Source: Candidatus Sulfomarinibacteraceae bacterium
GTDB lineage: Bacteria > Acidobacteriota > Thermoanaerobaculia > Thermoanaerobaculales > Sulfomarinibacteraceae
Direction of reading: 5' to 3'
DNA length: 64,000 nt
Assembly (NCBI GenBank): GCA_963823345.1
Contig: CAWGLE010000004.1
Coordinates: forward strand, 513,166 to 577,165
The number at the start of each line of letters is the position of its first letter. The first letter of the stretch is position 1. Below, one piece after another: positions 16,732-26,845 of this stretch. Position numbers and translations under genes: made by a program. The notes beneath the pieces are model-generated. The model was not told the origin of the DNA, ran no database searches, and worked only from the letters and a program-made list of their open reading frames with translations.

Positions 16732-19722
16732 TCAGAACGACAACCGCACCCCCAGGCGGATGGTCCGCGGGTCCTGCCACGAGCGCGTGGTGTTCCAGGC
16801 CGGATTGAGCGGTGGTCGATCGGGGTCCCCGGGCACGATTGCCGGATTGGGTTCGCCGGTGAACCAGTCGACGGGCTGGTAGTCCTCCCAACCGTTGTAG
16901 ATCCAGTCGTAGCGCAGCCAGCGGGCGGTCTCGCCCTGGCGGTTGAAGACGTTGAAGACGTCGACCAGCAGGTTGAGCTCGAGACCATTGCCCAGCTTGA
17001 CGGGATACCCGAGGTGGATATCCGCTTCCCACTCGTCGTCGGTGCGGCCGAAGGCGCCTCGTTCCGAAAGGTAGTACTCCCAGTTGTTGTACCAGTAGCA
17101 ATAGCCCATGGCGGTGATGGGGGTGCCCGAACGGTAGTAGGTCGAAAGGCCGGTCGTGAGCCCGAAGTCGAAGCGGTAGATCCCGTCGAACTTGAACTGC
17201 CACGGGCGGTCGTTGGACAGGAGGCCGTCGTTGTTGACCGAGAAGTCGGCGTAATCGTAGGCCGAGTTCAAATTGGGGTCGAGCTGACCGGTCGAGGCCT
17301 GGAAGTTGCCGTCGTAGTTGCCCTCGAGGCGCGACCACATGGCCGAGGCGAGGAACTGGAAGTTGTTCGAGAAGCGCTTCTTCAGCGCGAGCTCGACGCC
17401 GGTGAACTGCCGTTCTGGCTTTGGGATTTCCTTGGTGTGGCAGTCGATGCCGCCGCCCGGACATTCGGTGAAGCCGCCGGGATAGGCGTAATAGACGGCC
17501 TGGTCGTAGCTGTGAGTCATCAGCCCCTCGCCCGGGTTGCCGATGTAGTAGGTGTAATCGGTCGTCAGGGCGTCCTCGACGATGCGCTCGAGGTTGCGCC
17601 GGATGAAGGTCAATCCGATCGCGTAGTTCGGCGATACCTCGAACTCGGCGCCGAGCGCCGACTCCGACAGGTACTGACCCCTGGTGTTCGGGTCAACTGG
17701 AGAGTAGTAGCCACCGGGGAAGACGCGGGCGGCTCTGGGTGCTTCGCCCGCGGGCGGCTGCGCGAAATCCCACTGGTCCTCGGAGAAGTTGTACGTCTGG
17801 ACCGACCAGGCGCCCCCTCCGAATGATCGGATCACGATGTCCACCGGGATGGTCTCGTAGAAGTACCCCCAGTGGCCGAAGATCTTGGACCTGCCGTTGC
17901 CGAGGGCGTCCCACACGAAACCGAGCCGCGGCGCCCAGTTGTCGTCGATGTCGAGCTGCACCGTACCGGCGTTGTTGTAGAGCTTTTGCTGCGACCACCG
18001 CACCCCGAGATCGATCGAGAGGTTGCTTGTGACCTGCCACCGGTCCTGGAGGTAGGCGGCGAAATTCTCGGTCGGCATTTCCCGGAAATTCTGCTTCACG
18101 ATGTCGTCAGGAGTCGCCTGTTCGGGTTCGATCGGGCCCGAGGTCCCGTAGGAATGCCGATAGTAGTACTGGTGTTCGTTGTTCTCGCCGCAGTAACGCA
18201 CGTCGGGGTTGCAGATGAACCGTCCGACGTTGGCGCCCACCGGGCCCGATCGCGTGGAGATGTCGATGATTGCCAAATCCTCGTACTCGCCGCCGATCTT
18301 GAGCTCGTGGTTGCCCGCGAGATCGCCCACGAACCACGAGAGATCGGCGTTGTACTGCCGTCGTCCGAAGTCTTCTTCGCTATAGCCTCCCCACCCTGAT
18401 ACCACACCCGCCCATCCGGCCGGAATGGTGCCGTCGCCGAAGGGGTCGGTGTAGTCGAAATAGCCGGTGAGGTCCCTCCCCGGTCCCTGCATCTCCAGCT
18501 TCTGGTTGTGGCTCGCGAGGCGGGCGCTGAGCACGACGTTCTGGCCGAACACGCTGTCGTAGTTGATGGCGAAGTCGGTGCCGCCCTGGAGAAAGGTCTG
18601 GAGATAGGCGGTCGGCTGATCGGAGAGCCAGTAGGGGTTTGCACCCGAGGTCTCGTTCGGGTTGCCGAACACCGAGCCCGTCAGCGACTGGTTGGAGTCT
18701 GGCCGCCATGTCAGCTTGAAGGCGAAGAGGTCCTGCGTGACGTCCCACGGGAACTCTTCGCCGGCCATCGCGGCCCCCGGGTTCACCGCCCCGTAATCCT
18801 CCAGGGCCTCGTTGGTGTCGGAGTTGTCGACCCTGTCGTAGGCGGCGAAGAACCAAAGACGGTCCTTGACAATGTAGCCGCCGAGATCGGCGCCGTAGTC
18901 AGACCGCACCACGCCCACGGTCTTCGAGGTGAAGGTGGCGCTGCCCTGCTCCGCCTCGCCGGTGAGCGGGGCCCTTAGCGCGTCCGAGTCGTAGTAGCCG
19001 AAGACGTCGCCGTGGAACTGGTTGCCGCCCGAGCGTGTGATGACGTTGATCAGCCCGCCGGTCGAGTGGCCATACTCTGCCGAGTAGGCGCCGGACTTGA
19101 CCTGGACCTCGTCGATGAACTCGAAGTTGAGATCCATGCCCTGCTGGCCGCGCTCGATCTCGGTGGTGTTGGCGCCGTCGATGTAGTAGGCGTTCTCCGC
19201 GCCGGTGGAGCCGTAGAATGTCGTTCCGGAGAGATCGTCCTGAGCTCCAGGTGTCACCTTCGCGACTGATGCGTAGTTGCGGTCCGTCGGCAGATCGAGG
19301 AAGAAGTCCATCGACACATCGGTGCCGAGCGTCGTGTCGCTGGTGTTGACCAGCGGCGACTCGGAGGTGACCATGATCTCGCCGGTAAACGCAGCCTCCA
19401 GAGCGACGTCGAGCCGCACCGTGGTGTCGATCCCGACCTTGATGTTGGCCTGTTGCTGCGTCTGGTAGCCCGCCAGGCTCAGAGTCGCTGAGTAGGTCCC
19501 GGGCGGCAGGAGTAGCAGCTTGAAGACGCCGTTGGCGTCCGAAACCGTCGAGTGGTTTCCGGGAAGGGCGGCAGAAGCGAGACTGACCGTCACCCCGGGC
19601 AGGGCAGCACCCGATGCATCCGACACCTTGCCTTGAATATCACCGTGAGTGGTCTGTGCCGCGGCGCCGCCGGCCACCACCACGATCACGGTCGCGAACA
19701 TCACAGCGGCCGCGTGTCTCAT
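16732..19722 (-). CDS. TonB-dependent receptor with N-terminal carboxypeptidase-regulatory-like domain
   Basis: ATG 19722 follows GGGAGGAGGG. Signal peptide MRHAAAVMFATVIVVVAGGAAAQ; ..GDIQGKVSDASGAALPGVTVSL..GTYSATLSLAGYQT..; plug and barrel; C-terminal ..LGVRLSF. Confidence 0.85.
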   Translation of the reverse strand: MRHAAAVMFATVIVVVAGGAAAQTTHGDIQGKVSDASGAALPGVTVSLASAALPGNHSTVSDANGVFKLLLLPPGTYSATLSLAGYQTQQQANIKVGIDTTVRLDVALEAAFTGEIMVTSESPLVNTSDTTLGTDVSMDFFLDLPTDRNYASVAKVTPGAQDDLSGTTFYGSTGAENAYYIDGANTTEIERGQQGMDLNFEFIDEVQVKSGAYSAEYGHSTGGLINVITRSGGNQFHGDVFGYYDSDALRAPLTGEAEQGSATFTSKTVGVVRSDYGADLGGYIVKDRLWFFAAYDRVDNSDTNEALEDYGAVNPGAAMAGEEFPWDVTQDLFAFKLTWRPDSNQSLTGSVFGNPNETSGANPYWLSDQPTAYLQTFLQGGTDFAINYDSVFGQNVVLSARLASHNQKLEMQGPGRDLTGYFDYTDPFGDGTIPAGWAGVVSGWGGYSEEDFGRRQYNADLSWFVGDLAGNHELKIGGEYEDLAIIDISTRSGPVGANVGRFICNPDVRYCGENNEHQYYYRHSYGTSGPIEPEQATPDDIVKQNFREMPTENFAAYLQDRWQVTSNLSIDLGVRWSQQKLYNNAGTVQLDIDDNWAPRLGFVWDALGNGRSKIFGHWGYFYETIPVDIVIRSFGGGAWSVQTYNFSEDQWDFAQPPAGEAPRAARVFPGGYYSPVDPNTRGQYLSESALGAEFEVSPNYAIGLTFIRRNLERIVEDALTTDYTYYIGNPGEGLMTHSYDQAVYYAYPGGFTECPGGGIDCHTKEIPKPERQFTGVELALKKRFSNNFQFLASAMWSRLEGNYDGNFQASTGQLDPNLNSAYDYADFSVNNDGLLSNDRPWQFKFDGIYRFDFGLTTGLSTYYRSGTPITAMGYCYWYNNWEYYLSERGAFGRTDDEWEADIHLGYPVKLGNGLELNLLVDVFNVFNRQGETARWLRYDWIYNGWEDYQPVDWFTGEPNPAIVPGDPDRPPLNPAWNTTRSWQDPRTIRLGVRLSF

Positions 19723-20057
19723 TGCACCCTCCTCCCGAACGGTCCCCGGACGCCCGACCGTTCGGGCGCCCACCACCGACAAGACATGGCCGCGGTGTCC
19801 CGACCGCGGGCCGAATACGCTGTACAAGGAATTCCTTGCCTGCAATATGAGACTTTGGTCACGAATTGGCAACCCGTGCTGAGAACAGGTTTCATCGAAC
19901 TGGTCGGAGAGCAGAATCCCATGCCTCCAACGTCGGCTCCGCTATGCTCGAAGTCCTCAGGATTTGGTTCCATTTCGGTGCGATTGGAGTCCGGCGGCGG
20001 TGGCCAGCCTTGACGATGGTCGGCCAGGGTTGTATTTTTGGAATCGGTAATTCCGAA

Positions 20058-21227
20058 ATGAGCGGCAAAATGGAATTTATACCTCGTTTTTTTCATCCGC
20101 CGGATCAGAGTTTCTTTCTTTTCGGGCCGCGGGGCACGGGCAAGTCGTGCTGGCTCGTGCACACCTATTCCAATGCACTGGTGGTGAATCTCCTCGAGCC
20201 GGATGTCTATCGCGAGATGAGCGCGCGACCCGAACGACTGTCACAACTGGTTCTCGCGGACTCCGATCGAAACCCGGTGGTCATCGACGAGGTCCAGCGG
20301 GTTCCGGAGCTGCTCAACGTGGTTCACGATCTCATCGAACGGCGTCCGGAGATTCATTTCGTCCTGACCGGGTCGAGCGCGCGCAAGCTTCGTCGCGGCG
20401 GCGTGGATCTGTTGGCCGGGCGCGCGCTCCATCGTTCTCTGCACCCGTTCATGGCGGCCGAACTCCCCGATTTCGACCTCCAGGAGGCTCTGGTCCGGGG
20501 ATTGCTGCCCATCGTTGTCGCGGCGCCGCAACCTACCGACGTCTTGAAGGCGTACGCCACCCTGTACTTGGAGGAGGAAGTCCGACTCGAGGGATGGGCC
20601 CGCAACGTCGGTGACTTCGCCCGCTTCCTCGAGGCAGTGAGTTTTTCCCACGCCTCGGTTCTCAATGTCAGCAATGTCGCTCGCGAGTGCCAGGTCGAAC
20701 GCAAGACGGTCGCGGGTTATCTGGAGGTTCTCGAAGACCTCCTTTTGTCGTTCAGGGTTCCCGTGTTTTCACGACGGGCTCGCCGGAAGACAGCAGCCCA
20801 CCCGAAGTTCTATTTTTTCGACGCCGGCGTCTACCGTTCGCTGCGTCCCCGGGGCCCACTCGATCGCCCCGAGGAGATCGACGGCTGCGCGTTCGAAGGG
20901 CTTGTGGCCCAACATCTCCGGGCATGGATCGACTATTCGGGCAACGAGTGTGACCTCTTCTACTGGCGGACCCAGGCTGGTGTCGAGGTGGATTTCGTGG
21001 TTTATGGCGAAGGGGGTTTTTGGGCGGTCGAGGTCAAGAACACAGCGACGGTCAGACCACACGACCTTCGGGGCCTCAAGAACTTTCGCGACGATTATCC
21101 CGAATGCGAACTGATCTTCGTTTACCGGGGGGCTCAACGCCTTCTGGTCGATGGCGTTCTCTGCGTGCCGGGTGAAGAGTTTTTGCGGGGTATTCAGCCG
21201 GGCAAAAATATCGAGACACTTGACTGA
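20058..21227 (+). CDS. AAA-type ATPase with DUF4143-like domain (second copy, divergent)
   Basis: ATG 20058 or 20070. ..FFLFGPRGTGKS.. Walker A, ..VVIDEVQRVPELL... Candidate promoter TTGACG(20010)-17 nt-TATTTT(20033). Confidence 0.75.
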   Translation: MSGKMEFIPRFFHPPDQSFFLFGPRGTGKSCWLVHTYSNALVVNLLEPDVYREMSARPERLSQLVLADSDRNPVVIDEVQRVPELLNVVHDLIERRPEIHFVLTGSSARKLRRGGVDLLAGRALHRSLHPFMAAELPDFDLQEALVRGLLPIVVAAPQPTDVLKAYATLYLEEEVRLEGWARNVGDFARFLEAVSFSHASVLNVSNVARECQVERKTVAGYLEVLEDLLLSFRVPVFSRRARRKTAAHPKFYFFDAGVYRSLRPRGPLDRPEEIDGCAFEGLVAQHLRAWIDYSGNECDLFYWRTQAGVEVDFVVYGEGGFWAVEVKNTATVRPHDLRGLKNFRDDYPECELIFVYRGAQRLLVDGVLCVPGEEFLRGIQPGKNIETLD

Positions 21228-23898
21228 AATTCCGGAGTGCCCGCCAAGGCGGCCCGCCGCTCATTCACCACTCCGGCACCTCGGCCCATCCCGGGAACGG
21301 ACCGACCTCGATCTTCCAGCCGGTAGAGGATTCCTCGTCCCGGACGACGCGGAGGTTTGTGAGGGTCTTGAGCTTGGCGATCAGCTCGTCGTGCGGCAGG
21401 GTGTGGAGCGGCGGCTTCGAGAGGTCGGGCATGGGCCAGACTCGAGAGGTATCGTCGATGCCCGACGACGACGAGCCAGGCGTTGTCGGGGGAGACGAAC
21501 TTGTAGCCGATCGCGCCCTCTGGCCGAGGAGGAGGTGAGGTGTTGTCCGTCCGATCCGGCCGACCTGGATCGTGCCGTCCGATTCGACCCGCGACCCAGA
21601 TCGTCGCCGTCGGGGCTGATCGAGGGATTGCCCGAAATAAGAAAATCAAGGTCTCGAGCGCCGTCGGTCCTCACGTCGAAGAGCTTTGTCGGCTCGGCAC
21701 CGGTTCATACCGCGAATCGGTGTCCCAGCAGGAGGGCCCTCGGCGGTCGGCGGTCATCGACATCGACGAGTGCCGCCGCTGGGGACCCGATGACTTCTTC
21801 GTACGTCCCGGCGTCGAGGTCCCATCGCAGCAGGCCGTTCGCACCGCTGTGTAAAGGCTGCTTTCGTCCACAAATGCGAGATGGACCGCCGCGTACCCCT
21901 CGTAGCCCTCCGGGTCCACGGGCTGTTCGAAGACCCGCACCTCGTCCGTGTCGAGGTCCCACACCCGAAGCGTCGCCTGGCCTTCCGATTGGGCGCTCGC
22001 CGCCGCCACCAGCCGCCCGCTCGGCGAGAAGCCGCCGGCGACCAGCGCTCGCTGGCAGGAAAACCGAAGAGATTCCGGGCCTCTCCACGGTCACCGAGAG
22101 CAGGAAGCTGCTGCGGCCGTACTCAGCGCCAGCACGTACCGAACGGTCGGGTCGACGGTCATTCATGTGTCCGACAGCTCCGATTCCGGTGGCAACATCA
22201 GGTCGACGATGTCGTCTGGGTGTTTCCGGGCACCGGCCAGAGCCGCACCCGGGTTGCCGGGTGATTCACCGAACAGTCGATGGCGACAAGGAAACGACCG
22301 TCACCGGTGAAGCCCTGCTCTACCAGCCCTTGATGACGATTGGGAGGGGGTCTCGGAGCGGCCACAACCCGTTCACTTTGTCGACGTCCGTCGCGCAATC
22401 CAGTCTCCGTGGGGTTGAAGCGCATGGCGAAGCTGGTGGTCTGGCGGAGCTGCAACGGTTGGCGTGGCGGATCGCCGCGAGGTCCCACAATGTCACGGGG
22501 TACCCGGATAACGAGTATTACGATGGCCCGACGCCCCGCGGGTCCGGGACGAGGCTATCGCTCGGACGCCCTCCGGCCGCCGCATTCGTTTACGGGGCAA
22601 CCAGGAGCCGACCGTCCAGGGACCACAGGATGATCTCGCCGCTGCTGTCGTCGCGAGAAGAATTCGCTCCGTCGCGCCCCAGATTTCGACGAACAACACC
22701 GTCTGACGAGTGGCGGCCGAGCAGCGTGTCGGACACGTCTTCGATGACCGGCAGAGGGCGGGAATATACGCCGTTCCCCTTGGAGTAGAGCCATGCATTC
22801 CCCCGCGGATCGAAGATGCTCGTGGACTGGTGCCGACGGCGCGAAAGTCGACCGTGCCGAGGTCTTCGGCCTCGCCGTCCGGCAGCTTCCACCGGACGAG
22901 CTTGAGCGGCCACGGCTCGCCGGCTGGGGGTGAGGATCGCGCGCCGACCTCAGCGAGGAGGTGCTGCTCGCCCACCTGCCACCACGCTCGGCCGCCGAGC
23001 TCGATCGTGGCGACGAGATCGCCCCGCGGCATCGACCACACCCGCACGCGGGTCTCGCTGTTGTGGCCGGTGACGAGAAAATCGTCACGGCTCCAACCAC
23101 ATTGGATCGGATTGTTGGCAGAAACCGCATGACCGCCGAGGACGATCGGACGGCCTCCGGCCTTCTCGTGGACCAGCACGTCCTGATTGACGATTCCCCG
23201 TCCCGCGAGCCACTGCCCGTCGGGGCTGAAGCAGGAGCCCGCGATCTGTCCCCGGGTGAAATGGCGCGGGTCGAGCACCCTGACCGGCGGTCCCGCCCAC
23301 AACGCCCGCACCGCAAACAGGCGCGCTTCACGCGAGTCTGCGAGCTCGAGGCTCGAGGTCGCGTAGGCGAGCGCCTCGGTGGGGTCCTTCTCGATCTGCA
23401 CCTGGGCCAGGGCGAGCAGCTTCGAGGCCTCGGCGCGGCGGGTCTCGAGGACGCTGCGGCGCCAGAAGGTGCCGACAAACGGCTGCCGATGACCAGGGCC
23501 AGCGCGATTGCTGCCGCTACCGCGATCCGGCGCCGCCGTCTCCGCCGCGTCGCGAGGGAGGTCATGGCGGCAGCGAAGGCCTCCTCGAGCTCGGTGAGGC
23601 CGCCCGGGTAGCGCTCCCGCCATACGGCAAACTCGCGGTAGGCGGAGCCGGTCCACAGCATGTCGTCGGTGCGGCCGTGCTCGTCCCAGGTCTTGCGCCG
23701 CCTGCCGCAGCTGGTCGCGCAGCTGGGCGGCGTCGGCGTCCTGGGTCTGCCAGCGCACGAGGCGCGGCCAGTTGGCGAGCAGCGACTCGTGGATGATTTC
23801 GACGCGGCGGGTGGGTTCCTGTTCGTCTTCGTGGATCTCGTACGAGGTCAGGAGCCGGGCGTCGATGAGTTCTCGCAGCACTTCTTCTGCGGCAGAGC

Positions 23899-23964
23899 GG
23901 GAGGGGATAAACCCCTCCCCTACGGCTTTCCTTGCGTTCGTAGGGGCGGGGTTTATCCCCGCCC
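23899..23964. repeat. REPIN type 2 embedded in paralogue A coding region
   Basis: GGGAGGGGATAAACCCCTCCCCTAC-ggctttccttgcgttc-GTAGGGGCGGGGTTTATCCCCGCCC. On the minus strand it is translated as ..AGINPAPTNARKAVGEGFIPS... Confidence 0.8.
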
Positions 23965-24993
23965 TGCGATGGTCCCCGTCAAAAATTGATAGCAACTCGT
24001 TCCATTCTCGGACCGCCCGGGTGCCTTCGGCGGTGACGAGGTTGCGGAAGAGCTCGCGGACGATGGGAATTCGTTCGGCACCGATGCGGTCGATGGTGGC
24101 TTCGGCGTGTTGGGCCAGCGCGCCGGCGACGCCGCCGATCTCCTGGTACGCTTCGCGGGTGAGGAGACCGCTCTCCTTGTCGCGCCGCTCCCACAGGCGC
24201 GCAGCCGCAAACGCCAGCAACGGCAGGGCGCCGCGCTCGCCCTCGACCTCGGCCAGCATCTCGTCCACCAACTCGTCGTCCTCGAAGCGGTAGCCGCACT
24301 GCAGCGGCGGGCTGGGACAGGGCGCGTCGGAGAGCGGCGCCGGTCGGTGGGTCGAGCAGCGTGAGGTCGGCGAAGACCGGCGCGAGGGCTTCGTGGTCGC
24401 GACACCGATCAGGAAGTCGTCCCGCATGCGACAGCAGCACGAAGCACGTCGGCCTCGAGCGCGAACGCGGCGAGCAGTGTCCGCGAACCTCTGCTGTATC
24501 GTCGGCGGAGTTCTGAGTGAACAGCTCCTCGAACTGATCGACGATCACCAGAGTGCTCGGTCGTCGCTTGCCGCCACCGCGCGACGACGTCGACCGCCAC
24601 GTCCGGTCGTCGCGGCCGCGAGCACGAGTCCATCGCCTCGGCGTCACCGGCCATCGCGGCGCCAACGCCCGTCCGCAGCGACGCTGACGGGTCGTTGCCG
24701 GGTGTGCAGATCGGACGGTGCCCCAGCCGGGCCGTGCGGTCGCAATCAGGCCTGCACGAAGGAACGAAGTCTTGCCTGCGCCCGGAGGCCCGACCAACCC
24801 GAGCATCCTCGGCGGCCCCTCGAGCTTGCGCCACATCTGCTCGACCTCGGCCTCGCGGCCGAAGAAGTACTCGGCATCAGCTTCGGTGAAGGATGCGAGA
24901 CCGGGGTAGGGGTGGAGGTCGTCGGCGCCCTCGACTCGGAGGGTCACGTCCTCGAGGGCGCGGGTGAGAGTGTGGGCGGAGTTGTATCGGTCT

Positions 24994-25797
24994 TCACGGT
25001 CCTTTCTTGACGGCCTTTTGGATCACCGCTGCCCACGGCGTGTCGGGGACTTTGGCAGGCTCGGATCGCACACCGTCCCACACGCTCTGGCGGGAGTCGA
25101 AGCTCTTGATGCCGTCGGGCTCGACCATCTCGGCGAGCACCACGCCCGCTGCGTAGACGTCGGCCCTGGCATCGAGCGTCTGCCCCGCGGCCTGCTCGGG
25201 CGACATGTAGGCGGGCGTGCCCGCGACCGTGCCACCGCCCTCGGTCTCCTGGCGGGCGAGGCCGAAGTCCATCACCACGACTCGTCCGGCGCGGGTGAGC
25301 ATGATGTTTTCAGGCTTGATGTCGCGGTGGATCAGGCCGGCCTTGTGGATGGCTTCGAGGCCCGCCAGGAACTGCGAGGCGATGTCCTGGGCTTCCTTGA
25401 GCTCGAGGGGGCCGCGCTCCTGCAGCACGCCGAGCAGCGTCGCCCCGTCGACGTACTCCATCGACACCAGCTCGCGGCCCTCGACCTCGATCAGGTCGAA
25501 GATCCGGCAGACGTTGGGCGACACCACCTCGCGCGCGGCACGCACCTCCTGGCGCAACAGCTCGAGGCGCCGCTCGGATTTGAAGAACTCGGGCCGCAGC
25601 GCCTTCAGCGCCACCTCGACCCGCAGCTTGAGGTCGAAGGCGTGCCACACCTCGCCCATCCCGCCGCGGCCCAGCATCTCGAGGATCTGGTAGCGCTCAC
25701 CCAGCACCTGGCCGGGCGCGAAGCCCTTCATCCCCTCCGGCAGGTCGAGGGTCTCGCCCTCGCCCTCGGTGCGGGTGGTGAGGTCGTGGTCAGTCAT
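24994..25797 (-). CDS. Stand-alone Hanks-type Ser/Thr kinase ORF (intact N-terminal remnant of paralogue A)
   Basis: 267 aa with GRGGMGEVW, VALK, HRDIKPEN, DFG and GTPAYMSPE. It terminates at TGA 24994-24996 after an extra base near 25001 relative to paralogue B. Confidence 0.6.
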   Translation of the reverse strand: MTDHDLTTRTEGEGETLDLPEGMKGFAPGQVLGERYQILEMLGRGGMGEVWHAFDLKLRVEVALKALRPEFFKSERRLELLRQEVRAAREVVSPNVCRIFDLIEVEGRELVSMEYVDGATLLGVLQERGPLELKEAQDIASQFLAGLEAIHKAGLIHRDIKPENIMLTRAGRVVVMDFGLARQETEGGGTVAGTPAYMSPEQAAGQTLDARADVYAAGVVLAEMVEPDGIKSFDSRQSVWDGVRSEPAKVPDTPWAAVIQKAVKKGP

Positions 25798-25831
25798 CGT
25801 ATACCCACACTCGCGACATGACTGGATCATG

Positions 25832-25879
25832 TGCAGGCGGGACGCCTGCACCACACACCCGGCAGCCGGGACGGCTGCC
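25832..25879. repeat. Two REP hairpins with 8-bp stem and GGA loop
   Basis: TGCAGGCG-gga-CGCCTGCA (25832-25850; also at 42080-42098) and GGCAGCCG-gga-CGGCTGCC (25861-25879). Confidence 0.75.
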
Positions 25880-25972
25880 CCACAACGGACTATCGGCCGT
25901 CTCGGTCGGGCACGTGCTCCACGGCCCAGGGCGCGGCCGTCGCGACAAAAACTCATCTGAGGTATCCTCGAC

Positions 25973-26412
25973 GTGGAGGCCCCGATCATGAACTCGAACG
26001 TTGGTCCGGCCGAGCGCATCACCGCAGTGCTGTCGGCTCGTCCGGAGATCCTCGAAGCGTACCTCTTCGGGTCCGGGCGCGAGGTGAGGGCCAGGCGCAC
26101 AGCGATATCGACATCGCTGTTTTCATCGATGAAGCGAAGGTCGAACCGGGCCCCTTCGGATACCGAGCAGAGCTGACATCGGCGCTGATGAGCGGCCTCG
26201 GCACCAACGCCGTCGATGTCGTGGTGCTCAACCGCGCGCCGCCGCTTCGTGTACCACCGGGTCCTGCGCGACGGCTGCGTCTGTGTTCACGCGACCTTCG
26301 TGCAACCACGGTTCGCGAGGGCAGGGCCCTCTCACGCCACTGCGATTTCGTGCCGCAGCTGGCGAAGATCGACGCCATACTAGGTGCTCGAGCGCCGTTC
26401 TCGGAGAGGTAG
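25973..26412 (+). pseudogene. mntA: MntA-type minimal nucleotidyltransferase (antitoxin), copy 1, frameshifted
   Basis: ..RITAVLSARPEILEAYLFGS.. (frame 2) then ..GEGQAHSDIDIAVFIDEAKVEPGPFGYRAELTSALMSGLGTNAVDVVVLN.. (frame 1). There is a 1-nt deletion near 26071-26080 relative to copy 2, plus a +1/-1 pair around 26245-26290. Confidence 0.65.
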
Positions 26413-26414
26413 TC

Positions 26415-26845
26415 GTGGGCCCGGGTGAAATCGACGTCCTGATCATACGTCGCCACCTGGCCGCTCTCCGCGAGTCGCTCCAGGTCCTCGCCGCTCGCAA
26501 TGAGGTCTCTCTCGAGGAACTCGACGCCGACACCGAGCTGCTGTGGGTCGTGGAACGCGGTCTCCAGCTCTGCGCACAAAACGCGCTCGACATCGCGACC
26601 CACATCGCGGCAAGCAGGGGCGGGACGTCCCGGACTACGCCAGCGCCATCGACGAGCTCGGGCGCCTCGACGTGCTCGACCATGATTTCGTACGCGAGTT
26701 TCGCAACGTTGCGGGCTTCCGGAACGTGCTGGTGCACGGCTATCTCGATGTGGACCTGGATGTCCTGTACACGCTCCTGCACGACCGTCTCGGAGACTTC
26801 GAGTCCTTTGCGGCCCGAATCGAGACCTACCTCGAAAACCTCTGA
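26415..26845 (+). pseudogene. hepT: HepT-type HEPN (DUF86) toxin, copy 1, frameshifted
   Basis: GTG 26415 lies 2 nt after the mntA stop. The N-terminal half is in frame 0 (..LWVVERGLQLCAQNALDIATHIAA..). The C-terminal half is in frame 2 (..DVPDYASAIDELGRLDVLDHDFVREFRNVAGFRNVLVHGYLDVD..; Rx4H motif). The shift is near 26605-26625. Confidence 0.65.

Larger units (their letters stand above)
21265..25797 (-). pseudogene. Paralogue A of Ser/Thr kinase - STAND NTPase - TM - WD40 protein; only the kinase ORF is intact
   Basis: ATG 25797 (MTDHDLTTRTEGEGETLDLPEG..). The ancestral stop is at 21265-21267 (..GWKIEVGPFPGWAEVPEW*). Homologous segments are scattered over all three minus frames (ORFs 24994-26100, 23979-24947, 24409-24834, 22493-24427, 22555-23661, 21671-22009), so there are many frameshifts downstream of ~25001. 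Confidence 0.6.

Noticed and set aside
21151-22788. 545-aa plus-strand ORF
   Set aside because: It is antisense to the decayed WD40 region of paralogue A, Arg/Pro/Ser-rich and without motifs.
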